IMG/VR virus record: IMGVR_UViG_3300032002_000001
Reading direction: 5' to 3' (one strand)
Length of the DNA stretch: 21,610 bases
Origin: an uncultured virus (IMG/VR IMGVR_UViG_3300032002_000001)
Lineage: Duplodnaviria > Heunggongvirae > Uroviricota > Caudoviricetes
Shown here piece by piece: positions 16,985 to 21,610 of the stretch. How positions within the stretch are numbered: position 1 is the stretch's first letter; every line of letters starts with the position of its first letter. Position numbers and translations under genes: made by a program. The notes beneath the pieces are model-generated. The model saw only the letters and a program-made list of their open reading frames with translations. It had not been told where the DNA came from and ran no database searches.

Positions 16985-17009
16985 ATCCCCAGTGTCTCCT
17001 ACCTGTCGA

Positions 17010-18521
17010 TCAGACCATCAGGTTGTATTCCTGCTCGGCCTCTTGGGTCTTGTTCCGGACCTGCTCTACGTTCCAGGAGCCAGTGCGGTGCGCTGCGTGA
17101 TTCTCCCGCATCTCCTTCTCCATCCAGGTCACCATGTCCTCTTCCTTCATGCTGGCCCACGGGATCACCGCTGGGGCCATGTTGGACACGGTCTTCCAGG
17201 CTAGAGCCATTGAGCACACCTCGTCGGGGAGGTGGAACTCCTTGGCCTTGGAGTAGACATCATCCACAGAGCAGTACAGGTGTGCCTTGTAGAAGACGTT
17301 GATCCTCGGTGCTCGGATCCGGTCGTTCTCCACTGCGGAGATGTACTCACTGAGCATGTTGTCACGCTGCTCCCCGACCATCTTGAAGCCACGCGCGCGG
17401 GTGTCGAGGTAGTCGTGGATAACCCCACCCAGTCCAGTGGCGTCGTGGATGGCCTGAGCGTTGTACTTCTTCATCAAGTCGTTGAACGCCTTGATCATCA
17501 CCGGGTAGGGGCGACGCCTCATCCGGATCCAGTAGACCACCCGGATCGGCAGCAGGGTCACATCGAAGACCGTGATCACCGTCCAGTCCATCGCCTTGGC
17601 CCAGTCAGCAGAGATCACGTACTCCCGGTCCATCCTGGGGATGTCGAACCGGTACTCCTGGTACTCCCGCTGCACCTTCTCCTTGTAGTGCTCGGTCTTC
17701 TCCCACTCAGTCTCGAAGGTCCGCTCCACTGCCTCGGAGTCGAAGGCACGGGTACCGATGGAGGGCTCACCGAGTTCGTACTCGACCCGCCACATCTCAG
17801 CCGGGATCTCTCGACGCTTCTGCTCCACGAACTCTGGCATCAGCCAGCCGTCGATGGGGTTCATCGTCTCCCGGTAGCACCAGGTGTAGATCGGGAGGTT
17901 CTCCTCCTGGAACCGCTGGTACTCGGTGGCGAAGGTCTTGTCCGGGTACTGCCAGGTGGAACTCATCGCGGTCTGAGCCATGTTCCACTCTCCGCGCCAG
18001 TTCTTCTGGGGCATCGGCTGACCCTTGGCTGCGTCGAAGATGTCCTGGTCCATCTCATCGATCTCATCCAGGAGCAGGGTCTCTGGGTGCGGACCACGGA
18101 CTGTCTTCTGGGATGCGGTGAGCGGCTGGATCACCGCTTTGTTCCGCAGCCGGATTCTGGTAGAGCTCTCGTCCCGGATCAGGTACCGAGGAGCGTGGGT
18201 GGACTCCCAGGCGTCCCGGATCGTGTTGTGGATGTTGACCGACTGGTTCAGTGAGCCACCCAGGATGTTCACATCCGAGCCCTTCACTGCGGCCATGGTC
18301 AGACCGAGGATGGAGAGCAGCCGGGATTTCCCAGAGAGACCACGAGAGCCGTGGATCAGGATCTGGGGCTCACGGTTGAAGTAGGCGGTAGCGAACGCGT
18401 CGAAGGGCGCGTCGTGGTCATCGCACACCTTGGTGCGGGGGATCTTGTGATCCCAGAGTGCTTGGGTGAGGTACCAGAGTTCTTCGTCGTTCTTCGGTCC
18501 TCGTTCGAGGATGACGCTCAC
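17010..18521 (-). CDS. terL: Terminase large subunit
   Basis: Walker A variant GSRGLSGKS, Walker B LLLDEIDE, motif III SST, nuclease ISADWAK..D, HDATGLG, PDEVCSMALA. Confidence 0.93.
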   Translation of the reverse strand: MSVILERGPKNDEELWYLTQALWDHKIPRTKVCDDHDAPFDAFATAYFNREPQILIHGSRGLSGKSRLLSILGLTMAAVKGSDVNILGGSLNQSVNIHNTIRDAWESTHAPRYLIRDESSTRIRLRNKAVIQPLTASQKTVRGPHPETLLLDEIDEMDQDIFDAAKGQPMPQKNWRGEWNMAQTAMSSTWQYPDKTFATEYQRFQEENLPIYTWCYRETMNPIDGWLMPEFVEQKRREIPAEMWRVEYELGEPSIGTRAFDSEAVERTFETEWEKTEHYKEKVQREYQEYRFDIPRMDREYVISADWAKAMDWTVITVFDVTLLPIRVVYWIRMRRRPYPVMIKAFNDLMKKYNAQAIHDATGLGGVIHDYLDTRARGFKMVGEQRDNMLSEYISAVENDRIRAPRINVFYKAHLYCSVDDVYSKAKEFHLPDEVCSMALAWKTVSNMAPAVIPWASMKEEDMVTWMEKEMRENHAAHRTGSWNVEQVRNKTQEAEQEYNLMV

Positions 18522-18811
18522 GCCAACCTCTTAGGGAGTAGGTCCCGGAGCTGTAGGGGTCCGTCCTCTGTCAAGAAGATGGTCCACTTCCCGACTGGGC
18601 AGATCACCGTGTAGTGCCAGGGAATCTCGGTATCGGTCCGGGACAGGTCGATGCAGAACTTCCCGTTCACCAGCTCCACTTCACGCGCAATGGTGGCGAT
18701 CATCTTCCCGTCCTCCTCCCACCACATCCGGGAGGGGATGAAGGTGACCTTTCCGTCTGCAGGCTGCCCGCTAGGTAGAACGAACCGACCGTTGATCTGA
18801 ACTGTCTTCAT
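18518..18811 (-). CDS. Small beta-rich protein resembling the N-terminal domain of actinophage tail fibre proteins (97 aa)
   Basis: ATG 18811 follows SD AGGAGG and is preferred over GTG 18838. GRFVLPSGQPADGKVTFIPS...GKFCIDL...WHYTV...LRDLLP. Overlaps terL (GTGA). Confidence 0.55.
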   Translation of the reverse strand: MKTVQINGRFVLPSGQPADGKVTFIPSRMWWEEDGKMIATIAREVELVNGKFCIDLSRTDTEIPWHYTVICPVGKWTIFLTEDGPLQLRDLLPKRLA

Positions 18812-18842
18812 GGGTCCTCCTAGCGGGCCACCTGTCACAACT

Positions 18843-19205
18843 CTAGAACTTGACGCCGCCAGCGAGAAGCAGCACCAGGAGCACGATGCCGACGATGGCG
18901 AGGACCAAGATGATCACTCCACCTGCGCTGTCGTACCGGTACACACCGTTCTCGTCCTGCGGACGACGTTCCAATGGGTTCCCGAACATTCCGTTGTCAC
19001 CTCCTCTGGTGGGCACGTTCTGTTGGGCGGTGATGCCGGTGTAGGTCCAGACAAAGGCCAGGATCGCCACCGTGACCGTGAACCACCCCGGTACCTCTGG
19101 CTGGGTAGCGAAGTAGATAGCGGCCGCACCGGTGATCCCTGTAGTGATCCATTGGATCAGGTAGAGCACCTTTCGGGCCTGTGGGTAGTCGTCCAGGGGG
19201 TTCAC
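18843..19205 (-). CDS. Holin-like membrane protein (3 predicted TM)
   Basis: Directly after the endolysin (GTGA overlap); two N-terminal hydrophobic helices and one C-terminal helix. Confidence 0.7.
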   Translation of the reverse strand: MNPLDDYPQARKVLYLIQWITTGITGAAAIYFATQPEVPGWFTVTVAILAFVWTYTGITAQQNVPTRGGDNGMFGNPLERRPQDENGVYRYDSAGGVIILVLAIVGIVLLVLLLAGGVKF

Positions 19206-20014
19206 TTCTTGATCTCCTCTTCCTCACGCAGGCGACGACGCTGCGCCTTCACCTGATCGATGTAGGTGTCCAGATCATTCTGGAGACCACCACCGACCTT
19301 CTTGATCTCATCCAGCGCCTCGGAGTAGGCGATGGACTTCTTGATCGCGTCAGTGATGTTCGGGGTCGTGCTCCTGGGTGCCACGTCAACCTTCTTCCCG
19401 TTCAGAGCGTTCTGAATGTCTTCGCGCAGACCGATCATGGAGAGGTTGCCCGGATCCCACTTGTAGTCGCTCCACTCCCCGTGCCCGATCACGGACTTCG
19501 CACTCCAGCCGTGGTGATCACAGATCGAGGCCCACAGCTTCACCAGAGAGGCGTAGGCAGCCTTGCTGGGTGGGTGTCCACCGGAGTAGTAGATCTCCAC
19601 CCCGTAGAAACAGTCGTTCCCATCTGCCGCTCCAGCCTCACCCTGGTGCTTGTCTGAGGGCGGGGGCTTCAGGTCGTAGTTCTCTCGCTGCACTGCCCGG
19701 AGGACATCAGGATCGCCACCTCCAGCGTGGTTCGCCCGACCGATGGAGATGATGTCCACGGTGCCGTCGTCGTTGAGCCCGAAGTGTGCGAGCGGGCCAG
19801 GGAGGTCTGAGCGACCCTGGACGATCAGGTTCCGGTTAGCACTGTCCGAGCCATCCGACCCGGTGTGGTGAGTGACGCAGCCGTAGACCGGACCGAAGCT
19901 CAGGCCGGTCTCGTTATCGCGCCCGTAGGTGCGCCAGTTGCCTACTGCTCGGTACTTCACGTCCCAGCGCTTGAAGGTGGCTAACAGTTCGCGTGCGGTG
20001 ATCGGTGGTGACAT
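19202..20014 (-). CDS. Endolysin, N-acetylmuramoyl-L-alanine amidase (Amidase_2)
   Basis: VTHHTG, GRSDLPGPLAH, GRANHAG, FYGVEI, VIGHGEW...KWDPG; SD AGGAGG. Confidence 0.92.
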   Translation of the reverse strand: MSPPITARELLATFKRWDVKYRAVGNWRTYGRDNETGLSFGPVYGCVTHHTGSDGSDSANRNLIVQGRSDLPGPLAHFGLNDDGTVDIISIGRANHAGGGDPDVLRAVQRENYDLKPPPSDKHQGEAGAADGNDCFYGVEIYYSGGHPPSKAAYASLVKLWASICDHHGWSAKSVIGHGEWSDYKWDPGNLSMIGLREDIQNALNGKKVDVAPRSTTPNITDAIKKSIAYSEALDEIKKVGGGLQNDLDTYIDQVKAQRRRLREEEEIKK

Positions 20015-20028
20015 ATGTCCTCCTACCT

Positions 20029-20439
20029 TCAGGATCCGTACTCTGGCGAGCCAGCTGCCCTCGGGCCTCTGGCGACGATCCGCTCTAGGTCTCGGATCCT
20101 CTTGATGTGCTCCTCCCGCTCAGTCCGGAGACGAGCAGCTTCTACTCTCGCGTCGTGTAACTCCCTACGCAGCAGCCGAGCCTCTTCGACGCACTCGTCC
20201 ATCTCCTCCTTCATCAGCTTGACCTTGGCGCGCTCCGATGCGATCTCCGCTGCATTCTCCTCGCGCTCCTGAGCCAGCTCCTTGCGTAAAGGGTCCACGA
20301 GCTCGCGGGCGGCGGCTGTGATCACTGCCGTAGCATCGGCACCAACCTTCCGGCGTTGCGCGATGGCGTTGACGATGGCTACCGCAGCACCTCCAGTGAG
20401 AAGGGCAGCGGCCAGCATGGCGATGGTCTCGGGTGTCAC
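20029..20439 (-). CDS. Membrane-anchored coiled-coil protein of the lysis cassette
   Basis: N-terminal hydrophobic helix (IAMLAAALLTGGAAVAIVNAIA) followed by a long E/R-rich coiled coil. Confidence 0.7.
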   Translation of the reverse strand: MTPETIAMLAAALLTGGAAVAIVNAIAQRRKVGADATAVITAAARELVDPLRKELAQEREENAAEIASERAKVKLMKEEMDECVEEARLLRRELHDARVEAARLRTEREEHIKRIRDLERIVARGPRAAGSPEYGS

Positions 20440-20882
20440 GCAGCCTCCTGCTTCTTGATCGCCCGAGAGATGACGTACGCGATGTGACGGGCACGCGTGA
20501 GCGCAGCCAGGCCGAACCCAGCGACGATCAGTACCGTCACCGTACCGCTCCAGCCGATGTAGAGAGCGATCAGCACCGCGTAGAGCATGGCTGATGGCCC
20601 TACGATCAACATGCTGATCTCCTCCAGGGTCAGCGCAGTGGCTATGTGGCTACGAGGCCAGTAGGCACCGACGATGCCGAGAGCAGAGCCCAGCGATAGC
20701 GATAGCCCCCACGTGAAGCCTGCCCAGTCTGGGAGTAGCGCGTTCACCGATCCTGCCGTCTCTACCCCGAAGACCAGGGGGATCCCCGACACAGCACACA
20801 GCATCAGGAGATAGATCTGGAAAGGATGGCGTCCCGCTAGCAAGGGGTTCGTGTAGGGGACTTTGTCCGGAATCGTATGCAT
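20436..20882 (-). CDS. Four-TM membrane protein (holin-like)
   Basis: Four hydrophobic segments; SD AGGAGG; located in the lysis cassette. Confidence 0.7.
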   Translation of the reverse strand: MHTIPDKVPYTNPLLAGRHPFQIYLLMLCAVSGIPLVFGVETAGSVNALLPDWAGFTWGLSLSLGSALGIVGAYWPRSHIATALTLEEISMLIVGPSAMLYAVLIALYIGWSGTVTVLIVAGFGLAALTRARHIAYVISRAIKKQEAA

Positions 20883-20896
20883 CCCATCTCCCCCTC

Positions 20897-21610
20897 CTAG
20901 GGCTTCTCAATCCAGACTAGGCTCAGCTCACCAGAGCGTGGCTGTTCCCCGACTGACTTGATCACCGAGTAGTCCTCAGGGAAGCCAGAAGCCTTCACTG
21001 GATCCTTGAAGTCGAGTCCGAAGCCCTTGATGTCGTCGGCCACCAGATTCGGCCAGTAGGTCTCCGGGATGGTGAACCACTTAGCTTCTTCCTTGGCGAT
21101 GGTGCCGATCTTGGTGATCTCGTTGCGCGCGGGCTGGGTACTCAACCCCGACAGAGTGGTGGCATCGTGCCGGAACAGGTAAACGTTGGCGCTGGGCTTA
21201 CCGGTGTCGTTCCCACGATGCAGATAGATCTGCGCACTCCGGATCTCTGGGGTGCCCTGGCTACCGATGTTGTTGGTGATCTCGTGGCCGTAGAACCAGA
21301 ACCCACGCGAGCTAGGCGAGGCGTATTGCTGCTTCAGCTGACCGGAGACCATCTCGCCGCCAGTCCAACTCCCGCTCTGGTTCGCCCGGATCCGAGCTTC
21401 CTTCTTGATGTTGTTGGCCGCATCCACACTCCGCTTCGGGAGGTCGATGAAGGTGTGGTTCCCGGCTGACCAGTTGCCGTTCCAGTCCTCAGCCCACCCT
21501 GAGAAGAAGTACCGGTCTTCAGGCAGGTTGGTCTCCTGGTTGGGATTCCGGGTCCACTGCTTGTACTGGACCACCGAGGAGTCCGGGTGCGACTTCCCGT
21601 CCTTGAACCC
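20897..21610 (-). CDS. Minor tail protein, C-terminal part (5' end outside window)
   Basis: Frame stays open upstream of GTG 21574 to the window edge (GFKDGKSHPDSS). GFWFYG...AQIYLHR...KWFTIP...GFGL...SGELSLVW resembles the C-terminal domain of siphophage minor tail proteins. Confidence 0.6.
   Translation of the reverse strand, partial: GFKDGKSHPDSSVVQYKQWTRNPNQETNLPEDRYFFSGWAEDWNGNWSAGNHTFIDLPKRSVDAANNIKKEARIRANQSGSWTGGEMVSGQLKQQYASPSSRGFWFYGHEITNNIGSQGTPEIRSAQIYLHRGNDTGKPSANVYLFRHDATTLSGLSTQPARNEITKIGTIAKEEAKWFTIPETYWPNLVADDIKGFGLDFKDPVKASGFPEDYSVIKSVGEQPRSGELSLVWIEKP

Noticed and set aside
18323..18349. Walker A with an extra residue (GSRGLSGKS) as a sign of an inactive terminase
   Set aside because: Arg, GKS, Walker B and nuclease acidic residues are intact; deviant P-loops are known in terminases.

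Overview
The window is the minus-strand virion/lysis operon of a high-GC tailed phage, most likely an actinobacteriophage. Reading right to left: truncated minor tail protein, lysis cassette (4-TM protein, TM plus coiled-coil protein, Zn amidase, holin-like protein), small beta protein, large terminase, portal, 1183-aa unknown protein, MuF-like head protein, XkdF-type prohead protease fusion, basic Gly/Ala-rich protein, scaffold, capsid cement protein, major capsid protein, then neck genes interleaved with small accessory genes. The most striking signal is a putative head-cargo system. Four accessory proteins share a leader SAFGV[ED]H-x1-2-[IV]-[SE]-K followed by unrelated cationic, often glycine-zipper payloads. 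The same hydrophobic-x-Lys motif covers every scaffold lysine from K33 onward and punctuates several polyprotein-like genes. This suggests a capsid-targeting sequence and prohead-protease processing, analogous to T4 internal proteins. The prohead protease also appears split across two non-adjacent genes. Functional calls rest on motif recognition and synteny only; no searches were run.
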